The notes beneath the pieces were generated by a model. That model did not search any database. It saw only the letters and a list, made by a program, of their open reading frames with translations, and was not told the origin of the DNA. The position numbers were made by a program, and so were the translations under genes. This document shows, in pieces, positions 1 through 9,723 of a DNA stretch of 64,000 bases. Numbering within the stretch: the stretch's first letter is position 1; the number at the start of each line of letters is the position of its first letter. The stretch spans positions 4,576,001 through 4,640,000 of the forward strand of contig OZ244937.1 of the NCBI GenBank assembly GCA_965222075.1. Direction: 5' to 3'. The DNA is from Candidatus Latescibacterota bacterium (GTDB taxonomy: Bacteria; Latescibacterota; UBA2968; GCA-2709665).

Positions 1-1
1 T

Positions 2-2053
2 TCACTTTTCACATCCAGTATGTCGGTAGAGGTAACACCGGCAAGCGTGGGTATCCGAAAAGGCGTATTCCGGCGGATACTGCCGGTCGCATTCGTCCAT
101 GCGGTCCGGACAGCGGGGGTGAAAATGACAGCCGACCGGGGGGTGGATCGGGGAGGGTACATCGCCGGTGAGCTGGATTTTTTCCACGCCTGTGTCGGGA
201 TCAATCTGAGGGACGGCGGAGAGCAGGGCGCGCGTATAGGGATGTTTGGGGTTGTTGAAGATTTCGTCTTTGGCACCCCATTCCACGATGCGCCCCAGGT
301 ACATGACGGCGACCTCATCCGCAAGGTAGGCCACCACTGAGAGGTCGTGTGTGATGAGCAGGTAGGTCAGGTCCAGGTCCGCCTGGAGCTTTTCCAGGAG
401 GTTGATGATTTGCGCCTGTACCGAGACGTCCAGGGCGCTGGTGAGTTCGTCGCAGACGATGAACTCGGGATCAACGGCCAGGCACCGGGCGATGCCGATG
501 CGCTGCCGCTGGCCCCCGGAGAATTCGTGAGGATAGCGGTGGACCATTTCGGGCGACAGTCCGACCTGTTCCATTAAGATCCGGGCCTTGTCCAGCCGGT
601 CCTTCCGATTTTCACCGATGCCATGCGCTTCCATGCCTTCCATGAGGGTCTCGCCGACCATCATGCGGGGGTTCAGGGAGCTGAAGGGGTCTTGAAAGAC
701 GATCTGGAGTTTCCGCCGGTAGGGTTTGAGGGCCGCGTGGGACAGTGTTGTGAGGTCCACGCCTCCGTATTCGACCGTGCCTCCGGTGGGCCTGAGGAGC
801 TGGATGAGCGCTTTTCCCAGGGTGGTTTTGCCGCATCCGGATTCCCCTACCAGCGCCAGGGTGCGGCCTCTGCGAACCGTGAGATCCACGCTGTCTACCG
901 CGCGGACATATCCGACGGTTCTCTTAAACAGTCCGCGTTTGATGGGGAACCAGAGTCTGACCCCGTGCGCGGCAACCAGGGGAGATGTTTCAGCATTCCG
1001 CTGTGCCCGCGCCCTTTTCGGGGGGGCTTCGCGGACTTCAGCCGGAGACACCGGCCGGCCCATGATCTGTTCGTCGTACAACAGGCAGGCCGCGTGGTGG
1101 CCGTTTTCCCGGGAGATGAGCTGGGGTTCCTGCATTTTGCAGATGTCCATCGTCCGGTGACACCGGTCCGCAAAACGGCAGCCAGGGGGGAACCGGGTGG
1201 CCCCGGGCACACGGCCCTCTATGGTCTGGAGGGCTTCGCCCTGTTTCTGGCGCGTGGGCAGCGATTGGAGCAGTTTAATGGTGTAGGGATGGGCGGGGTC
1301 GTGGAAGAGGGTTTTCCTGTCCGCTTCTTCCACGATTTTGCCGCCGTACATGACCGCGACGCGGTCCGCGTTTTCGGCCACGACGCCCAGGTCGTGGGTG
1401 ATGAGCAGAACGGCGGTTCCGAATTCATCCCGGAGGTCTCTGATCAGGGCCAGGATCTGTTCCTGGATGGTTACGTCTAAGGCGGTTGTGGGTTCGTCCG
1501 CGATGAGGAGGCCCGGGCGGCAGGCGAGGGCCATGGCGATCAGGACGCGCTGTTTCATGCCACCGGAGAGCTGGTGGGGGTATTCTCTGAACCGGAGGGC
1601 GGGTTCGGGGATTTTGACCATGTCCAGCATCCGAATGGTTCTGTCGCGCGCTTCGGCGCTGTCCACGCCCTGGTGCCGTTTTATGACTTCGACGATCTGG
1701 TTGCCCATGGTGAACACCGGGTTGAGGCTGGTCATGGGCTCCTGGAAGATCATGGAGATTTCGTTGCCACGCAGCTTGCGCTTCTCGATTTCGGGGATGC
1801 GGACGATGTCTTTGCCTTTGTATTCGATGGCGCCCCCTGCGATGAAGCCCGCGGGTTTCTGGATGAGCTGGATGGTGGAGAGCGCGGTGACGGTTTTGCC
1901 GCATCCAGACTCTCCCACCAGCGCAAGGATCTCGCCCCGGTGGATGTCAAACGACACGCCGTCCACCGCTTTTGCGATGCCTTCGGCCGTACGGAAATAG
2001 GTCTTGAGGTCTCGCACCCTGAGGAGCACGCCGTTGGAGGTTGTTTGCGCCAT
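2..2053 (-). CDS. Oligopeptide/dipeptide ABC transporter ATP-binding protein, fused OppD+OppF type
   Basis: Two Walker A motifs (GESGCGKT twice), LSGGMKQR/FSGGQRQR signatures, two C-terminal GCxFxxRC oligo_HPY domains. Start trimmed to ATG at 2053 (MAQTTSN) after the upstream stop. Confidence 0.93.
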   Translation of the reverse strand: MAQTTSNGVLLRVRDLKTYFRTAEGIAKAVDGVSFDIHRGEILALVGESGCGKTVTALSTIQLIQKPAGFIAGGAIEYKGKDIVRIPEIEKRKLRGNEISMIFQEPMTSLNPVFTMGNQIVEVIKRHQGVDSAEARDRTIRMLDMVKIPEPALRFREYPHQLSGGMKQRVLIAMALACRPGLLIADEPTTALDVTIQEQILALIRDLRDEFGTAVLLITHDLGVVAENADRVAVMYGGKIVEEADRKTLFHDPAHPYTIKLLQSLPTRQKQGEALQTIEGRVPGATRFPPGCRFADRCHRTMDICKMQEPQLISRENGHHAACLLYDEQIMGRPVSPAEVREAPPKRARAQRNAETSPLVAAHGVRLWFPIKRGLFKRTVGYVRAVDSVDLTVRRGRTLALVGESGCGKTTLGKALIQLLRPTGGTVEYGGVDLTTLSHAALKPYRRKLQIVFQDPFSSLNPRMMVGETLMEGMEAHGIGENRKDRLDKARILMEQVGLSPEMVHRYPHEFSGGQRQRIGIARCLAVDPEFIVCDELTSALDVSVQAQIINLLEKLQADLDLTYLLITHDLSVVAYLADEVAVMYLGRIVEWGAKDEIFNNPKHPYTRALLSAVPQIDPDTGVEKIQLTGDVPSPIHPPVGCHFHPRCPDRMDECDRQYPPEYAFSDTHACRCYLYRHTGCEK

Positions 2054-2060
2054 ATGCCGA

Positions 2061-3482
2061 TTATTCCGTTCGCAGTCTGGGGTCCAGGGCATCCCGGACC
2101 GCGTCGCCGAAGATGTTGGCAGGCAGGACCAGCCCGAACATGAACACAAAGGCCGCAAGCAGGTTCCACCAGACGATAGGATCTCGCGATATTTCCAGGC
2201 GGGCAGCGTTGATCATGTTCCCCCAGCTTTCCATGGAAGGGTCCACGCCGATGCCGACATAGGCTAAGACCGCTTCGGCCAGGACCAGCCCGCTAAAACG
2301 CAGAATCACCGAGATCAGTACGATGTGCATGACATTGGGGAGGATGTGCCGGAACATGATTTTAAGGTGGCTCACGCCGAAGGCTTCCGAGGCCTGAATG
2401 TATTCGTTCTCCCGCACCTTGAGCGTTTCGCCCCGGATCAGGCGGCACAGCCCGGTCCAGCTTCCGATGCCGAGCACGGCGCAAAGCCAGGCCAGCCGGA
2501 TGTCGGAGGCATAGACCGTGTGCATCTGCTGGATTTTTGTGGTGACGATCAACATGGCCGCTGCGATGAGCAGGATGCCTGGAATCGAACTCAGGGTGGT
2601 GTAGATGTACTGGATCAGATCGTCCACCCGGCCTCCGAAATAGCCTGCCATGATCCCGAAGAGGATGGCCACCGGCGTGGCGATAAGCGTTGTCAGTGTG
2701 CCCACAACCAGGCCGACCCGACAGCCTTTGATCGCTCGAAAGAGGACGTCCCGTCCGACCTGGTCTGTACCCAGGAAGTGGTATTTGGCGGAGAGCACTG
2801 CCACGACCGAGACGACCAGCGCGGCGGCCCCCAGAAAGGCACCTGCCTTAAGGCCGGTCCGGAGGGCGGAAGAGAGGGATAGGCTTCCCTCCGGAGCAAC
2901 CCATCCGAGGTGAACATATCCTGCGTATACGCCTGCGGTCAGACCGGCCAGCAGAATGCCGATTCCCAGGCCGGCCAGGATGCCTCTCAGGGTCAGCCCC
3001 AGGATGTCCCGGGTCTTTTCGTCCGGGTTTTGCAGGTGGCTGCCGCCATAGGCTAAGGGCGGGTAATCTCTTATCCGGGAGCCGTCTTTCCGCTCGATCA
3101 GTTCTTTGGTAAACTGCCGGGTTGCGAACGGAGCGGAGAAGGTTTTTTCCGTGCGACCTCTCAGGCCGGTGCAGAAGAGGTCGAGGAGGGAGAGGATTTC
3201 CGCCCGGTAAGCCGGGCACCCGCCCGCCGTTACCTGCGCCTCACCGCCTTCCGCATAGGCCCGCTGCTGAAAATGGACGGAGTCGAGTAGTGCGACCAAG
3301 GTATAGAGCAGCACGATTCCCATGCAGACCATAGGCAGCCGCCTGGATCTGATCTGCCGCCAGGCCGTTTTGTAGTACTCCCGCCTACGGGCAAAGGACA
3401 GAAATCCGATTCCGCTCAGGACGAGCAGGAAGACCAGAATGTCTGTGGTGAGGAAGACGAGTTTGAATTTGCTGAAGGTCAT
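2061..3482 (-). CDS. Peptide ABC transporter permease (OppC/DppC-like) with large N-terminal insertion
   Basis: HFLGTDQVGRD, EYIQASEAFG...RHILPN EAA loop, GDAVRDALDPRLR C-terminus. Confidence 0.92.
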   Translation of the reverse strand: MTFSKFKLVFLTTDILVFLLVLSGIGFLSFARRREYYKTAWRQIRSRRLPMVCMGIVLLYTLVALLDSVHFQQRAYAEGGEAQVTAGGCPAYRAEILSLLDLFCTGLRGRTEKTFSAPFATRQFTKELIERKDGSRIRDYPPLAYGGSHLQNPDEKTRDILGLTLRGILAGLGIGILLAGLTAGVYAGYVHLGWVAPEGSLSLSSALRTGLKAGAFLGAAALVVSVVAVLSAKYHFLGTDQVGRDVLFRAIKGCRVGLVVGTLTTLIATPVAILFGIMAGYFGGRVDDLIQYIYTTLSSIPGILLIAAAMLIVTTKIQQMHTVYASDIRLAWLCAVLGIGSWTGLCRLIRGETLKVRENEYIQASEAFGVSHLKIMFRHILPNVMHIVLISVILRFSGLVLAEAVLAYVGIGVDPSMESWGNMINAARLEISRDPIVWWNLLAAFVFMFGLVLPANIFGDAVRDALDPRLRTE

Positions 3483-3494
3483 GGTTTAAAAAAT

Positions 3495-3562
3495 GTGAAA
3501 CGTCCCCACACATCACCTCCCGGAAGCCGAACCCAGGGTTTTGGGGTAGGGTGGATGGGTCG
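3495..3562 (+). repeat. Dispersed 68-nt non-coding element, copy 1
   Basis: 59/68 identical (hand alignment) to the reverse complement of 13005-13072. Confidence 0.85.
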
Positions 3563-3586
3563 TTTGCGGTTTGCGGTTTCTCGTTT

Positions 3587-4906
3587 TCACTCAAATCGAA
3601 TCCTGGGATCGACCAGGGTGTAGGATATGTCCGTCAGGATCAGGCCCAGGATGTAGAGGCCGGAGCCGAGGAAGACCATGGCCTGGACAATGGTGAAATC
3701 CTGCCGCTGGATCGCCTCCAAGGTAAAACTACCCATGCCGGGAATGGAGAAGAACGATTCCAGGACCAGGCTGCCGATGAAGAGGAACGGGATCATCACG
3801 ACGACTCCCGTCAGGACGGGGATCATCGCGTTTTTGAGCGCGTGCTTGAACAGGACCAGGGATTCGGGCAGTCCTTTGGCGCGGGCGGTGCGGATGTAGT
3901 CCTGGCCGATCTCTTCCAGGAAGATGGTGCGATACCACCGCACGCCCCCTCCTATGCCGCCAAGGATGCCGATGACCACGGGCAGGGCGACGAATTTGGC
4001 CGCGTAGATGCCGGTATCGTAGCCGGACACCGGGACGAGGCGCAGCATTTTGCCAAATAGCCACTGGCCGCCGATGACGTAGAACAGAACCGAAACCGAC
4101 ATCATGACCACGCACGCGAATACGCCCCAGAAGTCGAGGTACGTGCCCCGATAGAAGGCGATGATCATTGCAGCGGTGATGTTGATCAGGATACCGATTA
4201 GAAAGGTGGGCGTCGTGATGGCCAGGCTGGGTCCGATGCGTTTGAGAATTTCGTCTCCGATGTTGCGGCCATCGTCGGACTTGCCAAACTGGAATGTAAG
4301 AAATTTGATCGATTTTTTCCAGAAGACGGTTTCCGTAATCCGGGAGATAAGCGAGAGATTCTCTTTGTAGAAGATGTGCACAACGGCCATCGGCGCGCCT
4401 TCCGACGGGGTTGCGGTGAGGCTCAAGAGGTGGTATTGCCGGTCTGCCTGGAGGCGCTCCAGCTGGAATTGCAGCTCACCGCGTGTGGTGCTGTGCAGAT
4501 CGAACCGCAGGGTTTTCTTATCCCCGAACGACGGAGGGAGCGCCAGGGCGGCGGTCGAGTCGGTGGCGATGGTCAGGTCCAGGGCGCCATCGGCGGGTTT
4601 GGGGATGTCGATTCGGATCGTATAAGCGCCCGCCAGTTGCGCAGGGAGGCTCAGTTCGACGGGCGCGCCGCTGACCTGACGAACGACGACTTCCGACCAG
4701 CCGGTGTTGTAGAAATAGGGTAGATGATAATCGCGCTCACGTTTCCACTTTGCGATCTGCTCTTCGGTCACCCGTTTGACGCCCAGGTGGATGCGTGCCA
4801 TGTCGTCGGGGGTATTGACGAAGAAGAAGAGGATAAAGGTGACGAGGTTGACACCGATCAGGATCGGAATCGCGTAGAGGATCCGGCGTATGATGTAGGT
4901 TGTCAT
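3587..4906 (-). CDS. Peptide ABC transporter permease (OppB/DppB-like) with periplasmic insertion
   Basis: YIIRRIL start, DYIRTARAKGL...KHALKNA EAA loop, DISYTLVDPRIR end. Confidence 0.93.
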   Translation of the reverse strand: MTTYIIRRILYAIPILIGVNLVTFILFFFVNTPDDMARIHLGVKRVTEEQIAKWKRERDYHLPYFYNTGWSEVVVRQVSGAPVELSLPAQLAGAYTIRIDIPKPADGALDLTIATDSTAALALPPSFGDKKTLRFDLHSTTRGELQFQLERLQADRQYHLLSLTATPSEGAPMAVVHIFYKENLSLISRITETVFWKKSIKFLTFQFGKSDDGRNIGDEILKRIGPSLAITTPTFLIGILINITAAMIIAFYRGTYLDFWGVFACVVMMSVSVLFYVIGGQWLFGKMLRLVPVSGYDTGIYAAKFVALPVVIGILGGIGGGVRWYRTIFLEEIGQDYIRTARAKGLPESLVLFKHALKNAMIPVLTGVVVMIPFLFIGSLVLESFFSIPGMGSFTLEAIQRQDFTIVQAMVFLGSGLYILGLILTDISYTLVDPRIRFE

Positions 4907-7110
4907 AGGCCTTCGACTCCTCTTTCACGCTTCCAGACCGCGACGACGGCGGGGACCGCTCCCACGGCCAGAAGGGCGAAGGTCAGGACGACCGGCCACC
5001 AGATGGGTTTGTTCCACTCCCGGCGCCGCTTTTCCCTCAGTTCAGGATCCAGCTTTTTGTATTTGAGGGTGTTCATTCCCATCGTCATCGGTTTGGTATT
5101 GGTATACCATTCGTGGTAGAGGCCGAAGGAGACGGGATGATAGCCCCAGAGCCAAGGCGCATCCTGCCGCGCGATCTCCAGCATCCTGTCGAGAAGCTCC
5201 ATCCGCTCCGGACCGTTTTGCATCGACTCTACCTGCTCGAAGAGGCGGTTGAACTCCGGGTTGTCGTAGTTGTTGTGGTTTGCGCCTCCGTATTTTACCT
5301 GCCCGTTGGGACCATAGAGCAGAAAGAGGAAGTTTTCCGGATCGGGATAGTCCGCGTGCCAGCCCCAGAAAATGATCTGAAAGTTTCCGTTTTTGACTTT
5401 GTCCCGGAAACGGTTGTAGTCAGTTTGGCGGATTTGAAGGTCCACGTTCAACTTGCTGAATTGCTTGCGCAGCCAGTCCAGCCTGGGTTTTGCCGCAGCT
5501 CCGGTCCATGCGGTGTCAAAATAGAGCACCAGAGAGTTGGCGTTCCTGTCCTTTCCGTCCGGATAGCCCGCTTCCGCCAGCAATTTCCTGGCAAATTCAA
5601 TCGATTTGCGAGACGGCCTGTTCTTGACCTCGTCCCATTCATAGACGAATCGGTTGGTCCCGTCCTTTCCGGTCCGGTAGCCGAATATCCCCGGCGGCAG
5701 CAGGTCCTGGGCCGGAAGGCCCCGGCCGTTGAGGAAAATCTGGATCCATTCTTCTATGTCCAGGGCGATGGAGAGGGCCTGCCGGAGTTTTTGCCTGTTT
5801 TCCGTATACCCGCCGACAACATCGTCCAGCATGTTGAAGGCGAAGTAAAATGTGGTCGGGTACGCGGCCCTTGCCAGACGCACTCCCCGCGCCTGCAGCC
5901 TGTCGGACAGTTCCAGTCCTGCCTCATCCATCTGGACCGCCTGGTCGAACACTTCTGTCATGATTCCGGAGGATTCATAATAGCCCTGGAGGAATTTGCT
6001 CCAACGGGGAATCGCCTCTTTCTCCAGCTTGTAGATTGCCTTTTCAATAAACGGGAGCGGCCGGCCGGCGTCTGCCAGGAGGCCGAGTTCACGGTCTTCC
6101 GGTTCTCCATCATCGGGATAGTGTTCCCGGCGGAAGTTGGCGTTTTTGACCATAACGATCTCTTTGTTGGGAAGGAATCGGTCCATTCTGTACGGTCCGG
6201 TTCCCAGCGGGCGGTTGTCGAGGCTCAGGTTTAGCTTGACGAGGGGTGCCTGGGTGAAAAAGCGGTCCGCCTCTCTGGGAAGGGGCGAAAAGAAGGGCAT
6301 GGCCATCCATAAGATAAACTGCGGGTACTTTCGCTTGAGCATGACCTGATAGGTGTGTCTGTCAATGGCGCGCACCCCCTTCAGATCGAAACGATCCAGG
6401 TCCAGCCAGATGGGATTTTCCCGCTCGTCGTTCTCCTGGTTGTAGAGCGCGCCTTTGGCTTTTTTCCGTTCGGAGCGGATGCGAGACAGTTCGCCTCCCA
6501 ACGCCTGGGCGAGTTCATCCAGGCCCAGGATGTACTTGGCCATTGTGCTGAAGATAGGGGATTGGACTCTGGGGTGAGCCAGACGCTTGATCTGGTAGAC
6601 ATAATCGGCCGCCGTCAGTTCCTGCGTTCCCTTTAAAGGGAAGTCACCGATGTCGGTGATTCCCAGCATCTCCCCCTCGGTCAGGTTGTGGTAGGCATAC
6701 TGTCCGGCTTCGGTTCTGGCAAAGCAGGGATGATCCTGGTAGAAGATGGACGGCCTGATGCGCACCGTGTATACCGTCCGGTCGACCTTTTCCGGAGGGG
6801 GATCTCCGGGAAGCGCTTTTCCCTCCTTATCGTAGTAGGTCGGGTGAGGAATCTCTTCTGACGTTAGAGGGATCAGTTCATACGGCCGTTTTAAGTAGTG
6901 GTACTGGAGCGGCGGTTCATAGATTTGCTGGATGAAGTGGTATTCGCCGGATGAATACGATACGGCCGGGTCCAGGTGTTTGGGCGGCTCGGAGAATGTG
7001 CTGTAAAGGTAGTTCTTGCCGGCCTCTTCCCGGCGGTAGGGGTTGTTGGTACACGATGGAGAGGACAGCAGCAGGACCAATAGCCAGATGAGATAAGAGG
7101 CCGATTTCAC
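4903..7110 (-). CDS. ABC transporter substrate-binding protein, family 5 (lipoprotein signal plus C-terminal TM helix)
   Basis: PKHLDPA, GTGPY and GWHADYPDPENFL motifs; lipobox-like SSPSC; hydrophobic C-terminal segment. GTG start at 7110 chosen after the glmL stop. Confidence 0.88.
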   Translation of the reverse strand: MKSASYLIWLLVLLLSSPSCTNNPYRREEAGKNYLYSTFSEPPKHLDPAVSYSSGEYHFIQQIYEPPLQYHYLKRPYELIPLTSEEIPHPTYYDKEGKALPGDPPPEKVDRTVYTVRIRPSIFYQDHPCFARTEAGQYAYHNLTEGEMLGITDIGDFPLKGTQELTAADYVYQIKRLAHPRVQSPIFSTMAKYILGLDELAQALGGELSRIRSERKKAKGALYNQENDERENPIWLDLDRFDLKGVRAIDRHTYQVMLKRKYPQFILWMAMPFFSPLPREADRFFTQAPLVKLNLSLDNRPLGTGPYRMDRFLPNKEIVMVKNANFRREHYPDDGEPEDRELGLLADAGRPLPFIEKAIYKLEKEAIPRWSKFLQGYYESSGIMTEVFDQAVQMDEAGLELSDRLQARGVRLARAAYPTTFYFAFNMLDDVVGGYTENRQKLRQALSIALDIEEWIQIFLNGRGLPAQDLLPPGIFGYRTGKDGTNRFVYEWDEVKNRPSRKSIEFARKLLAEAGYPDGKDRNANSLVLYFDTAWTGAAAKPRLDWLRKQFSKLNVDLQIRQTDYNRFRDKVKNGNFQIIFWGWHADYPDPENFLFLLYGPNGQVKYGGANHNNYDNPEFNRLFEQVESMQNGPERMELLDRMLEIARQDAPWLWGYHPVSFGLYHEWYTNTKPMTMGMNTLKYKKLDPELREKRRREWNKPIWWPVVLTFALLAVGAVPAVVAVWKRERGVEGL

Positions 7111-7112
7111 GG

Positions 7113-8906
7113 TTACGCTCCGTACGGATACAAGTCCAGCGCTCTGTTCCACTCGATCATTCGCTCCACCCGCTCCTCTGTGTCCTCAGGGAAGGCGATG
7201 GGCCGGCCCCGGCCGTCCAGAATCAGGCCCGCCACGCCGCCTTTCACGGTTGTACGCAGTTCCTGTCCCTGTCCTGCGCCCGCATCCCACCGCCGGGCAG
7301 GCTGGAGACTTATTTCGGCATCGGCGCTGTCGGGCAGGGGGAAGAGGCGCAGGTCGCCTACGTTCAGGTCTCCCGATTGGGTCCCGTCGGGCAGGGTGAT
7401 TTCGTAGGTTGTACAGACTTCTCCCGGTTTTCCCTGGCCAACCGGGGCGACGCAGGTTCCAAGGGTGATGAGGCAGTCCCGGTCGAAGACTTCAGCGGCG
7501 GCCTGTTCGTTTACGGTGGAGAGGACGCCGAGGTGGGGCATCATGAAGATGCTGTCCACGGCTAAGCGGGTGACGCCTTCGGGCTGGAAGGCGTCGACGA
7601 GCATGGCGGCGGCCTGCACCCGGCGGGGGGCGTGGGAGAGCACGCCGCCGCTGCCGACGAGCACATCGAGGTCGCGCATTTGAATGAGGCTCTCGCCGGT
7701 TTCGGTCTGGTCGAAGACATCGGAGAGGGTGCGTTCGGTCTGCACGCCTTTCAATCCGACGGCCAGGGCGCAGTGCTGGGCGAAGGCGAGGCGGAGGGCC
7801 TCCCGGGCGATGGCCTGTTCCATCTGGAGTTCCTCCAGAGTCTGGGGGACCGTGGTGGGGCGGATCATTTTGTTTTTGATGCGGTCCCTCAGGTCGGCCT
7901 CGTGGATGCGGAAGGGCACCCAGCGCATGATGGTTTCCAGTCCGGCTTCGGCCAGGACGTTGGAGATGCTGTAGGACATGCCCAGATTGGCGCTGACGGT
8001 CCGGTTGAAGACCTCGTCGAAGACGCTGAAGACATCGGTGGTGGCCCCGCCGATGTCAACGCCGATGAGGTTGATGTTCTGCTGCCGGGCGACGGTTTGC
8101 ATGATAAGCCCGACCGCGCCGGGAGTGGGCATGATGGGAGCGCCGGCCCATTCCATGAGCTTTCGATAGCCGGGTGCCTGCGCCATGACGTGTTCGAGAA
8201 AGAGGTCGTGGATGACCTGCCGCGCCGGGCCCAGGGTTTCCTGTTCGAGCCGGGGGCGGATGTTATCGGTGAGGGTGAGCGCGGTTTTACTTCCCAATAC
8301 CTTTTGAATGCTTTCACGGGCGTCTTTGTTCCCTGCGTAGATCACGGGGAGTTGAAATCCGGTCCCGAACCTGGGCTTGGGGTCGGCGGCGGCGATGAAT
8401 TCAGCGAGTTCGACGACGTGGCTGACCGTTCCCCCGTCGGTTCCACCCGAGAGGAGGACCATGTCGGGCCTCAGGTGGCGGATGCGCTCGATTTTCTGGT
8501 GGGGCTGGCGGCCGTCGTTGGAGGCCAGGACGTCCATGACAATGGCCCCGGCGCCCAGGGCCGCGCGCTGTGCGCTTGCTCCGGTCATGGATTGGACCAC
8601 GCCGGCGACCATCATCTGGAGGCCCCCCCCGGCGCTGCTGGTGGAGATATAGATATCGACGCCGCAGTCGCCCCCGGCGGGGGTGAAGATGCGCTCGCCA
8701 TCCAAGATCTTGCGCCCCGAGAGTTCCTCTACTTCCTGGATAGCGTTGAGCACTCCCCGGGTGACGTCCTCGAAGGGGGCTTCCACGGTGGTAGGGGCCT
8801 CCCCTCGGCAGGTCTGGCGGTAGACGTCTCCGACTTTCTCGATGAGGATGGCCTTGGTGGTGGTGCTGCCGCAGTCGGTGGCGATAACGACGTTCAGGTT
8901 ATCCAT
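7113..8906 (-). CDS. Glutamate mutase L (GlmL/MutL)-family actin-like ATPase, long form
   Basis: DCGSTTTKA, SSAGGGLQM, LLSGGTDGG, MPTPGAV, DIGGATTDVFS and GSGGVLSH motifs. Confidence 0.85.
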   Translation of the reverse strand: MDNLNVVIATDCGSTTTKAILIEKVGDVYRQTCRGEAPTTVEAPFEDVTRGVLNAIQEVEELSGRKILDGERIFTPAGGDCGVDIYISTSSAGGGLQMMVAGVVQSMTGASAQRAALGAGAIVMDVLASNDGRQPHQKIERIRHLRPDMVLLSGGTDGGTVSHVVELAEFIAAADPKPRFGTGFQLPVIYAGNKDARESIQKVLGSKTALTLTDNIRPRLEQETLGPARQVIHDLFLEHVMAQAPGYRKLMEWAGAPIMPTPGAVGLIMQTVARQQNINLIGVDIGGATTDVFSVFDEVFNRTVSANLGMSYSISNVLAEAGLETIMRWVPFRIHEADLRDRIKNKMIRPTTVPQTLEELQMEQAIAREALRLAFAQHCALAVGLKGVQTERTLSDVFDQTETGESLIQMRDLDVLVGSGGVLSHAPRRVQAAAMLVDAFQPEGVTRLAVDSIFMMPHLGVLSTVNEQAAAEVFDRDCLITLGTCVAPVGQGKPGEVCTTYEITLPDGTQSGDLNVGDLRLFPLPDSADAEISLQPARRWDAGAGQGQELRTTVKGGVAGLILDGRGRPIAFPEDTEERVERMIEWNRALDLYPYGA

Positions 8907-9246
8907 TCCGTTCGTTTTCCAGTTCCAGGATTTTGTCGATCATCACCTCGATGCTCCGGCGTTTTTCCAGGAACCGGACAAAGCGCTCGTATTCTGCAGG
9001 TGAAAAGACCAGGGTTAGAAAGGGCGAGAGAAAGGTGAGAAACTGGCTGCCGATGAAGTTGAACGGGCGGCTTGTTTCCAGGATCATCAGTGCGGGCGTG
9101 GCCATGCGCCGCCCGACCACAAATTTCGCCATTTTCGCAGCCAGCGCCTCTTCTTCCGCATCGAACCGGTCTTCTGGAGGATCGACGGCAAAGGCGTGGG
9201 CGCACCAGGTTTTAAGGCGATGGATGGGGGATGTGGGACTGGACAA
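8899..9246 (-). CDS. Conserved hypothetical protein
   Basis: Overlaps both neighbours in operon fashion; protein-like sequence (LILETSRPFNFIGSQ). TTG start at 9246 is uncertain. Confidence 0.6.
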   Translation of the reverse strand: MSSPTSPIHRLKTWCAHAFAVDPPEDRFDAEEEALAAKMAKFVVGRRMATPALMILETSRPFNFIGSQFLTFLSPFLTLVFSPAEYERFVRFLEKRRSIEVMIDKILELENERNG

Positions 9247-9682
9247 ACTGTATGACCTCGTCACGGTTTTCTGCGAACCGAAGGAAGCATCCCCGGAACG
9301 AATCGAGCCGATTGGGCCGGTTGAAGGGGCTGAGGAAGATTCCATCGGGATAGATGCGACGCCTGCGGATCTGTGTCCAGGGGATTTTCCGCCGCATACT
9401 CAGATGAGAAATCTGCACGCCTGACGCATCCAATGCATAGCGTGTAAAAAAGAAGTAGCGAGACAGGGAGGCGGTAAGCAGACCAAAGGTTAGAAAGCCG
9501 TAGCCCCCGCTTTCAAAGCTGAGGGTAACAGCAACCGAGAGCCCCAGAATAATGGTGAAGAGCAGGGTCGATTTTGCCGGTGATTCATCCAGGAGGGGGT
9601 GGGCAGACCAGCGGATTTCCGGTGGACATTTCGCCTGAATATCGTTTTTGGAGAACCTGTCTGATTCGATTTCGATGGCCAC
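9212..9682 (-). CDS. Hypothetical membrane protein (2 TM plus PH-like beta domain)
   Basis: Two hydrophobic segments, then TRYALDASGV...IPWTQI pattern. Confidence 0.6.
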   Translation of the reverse strand: MAIEIESDRFSKNDIQAKCPPEIRWSAHPLLDESPAKSTLLFTIILGLSVAVTLSFESGGYGFLTFGLLTASLSRYFFFTRYALDASGVQISHLSMRRKIPWTQIRRRRIYPDGIFLSPFNRPNRLDSFRGCFLRFAENRDEVIQFVQSHIPHPSP

Positions 9683-9723
9683 CCGTTTTTATCCCCTGGG
9701 ACCCGGTTCGGTGTACGCCAAGG

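Noticed and set aside
7632-9038. 468-aa plus-strand ORF (and similar long antisense ORFs such as 5113-6234, 11716-12714, 35229-36692, 37760-39052)
   Set aside because: Antisense shadows of well-supported genes in GC-rich DNA, with no recognisable motifs.
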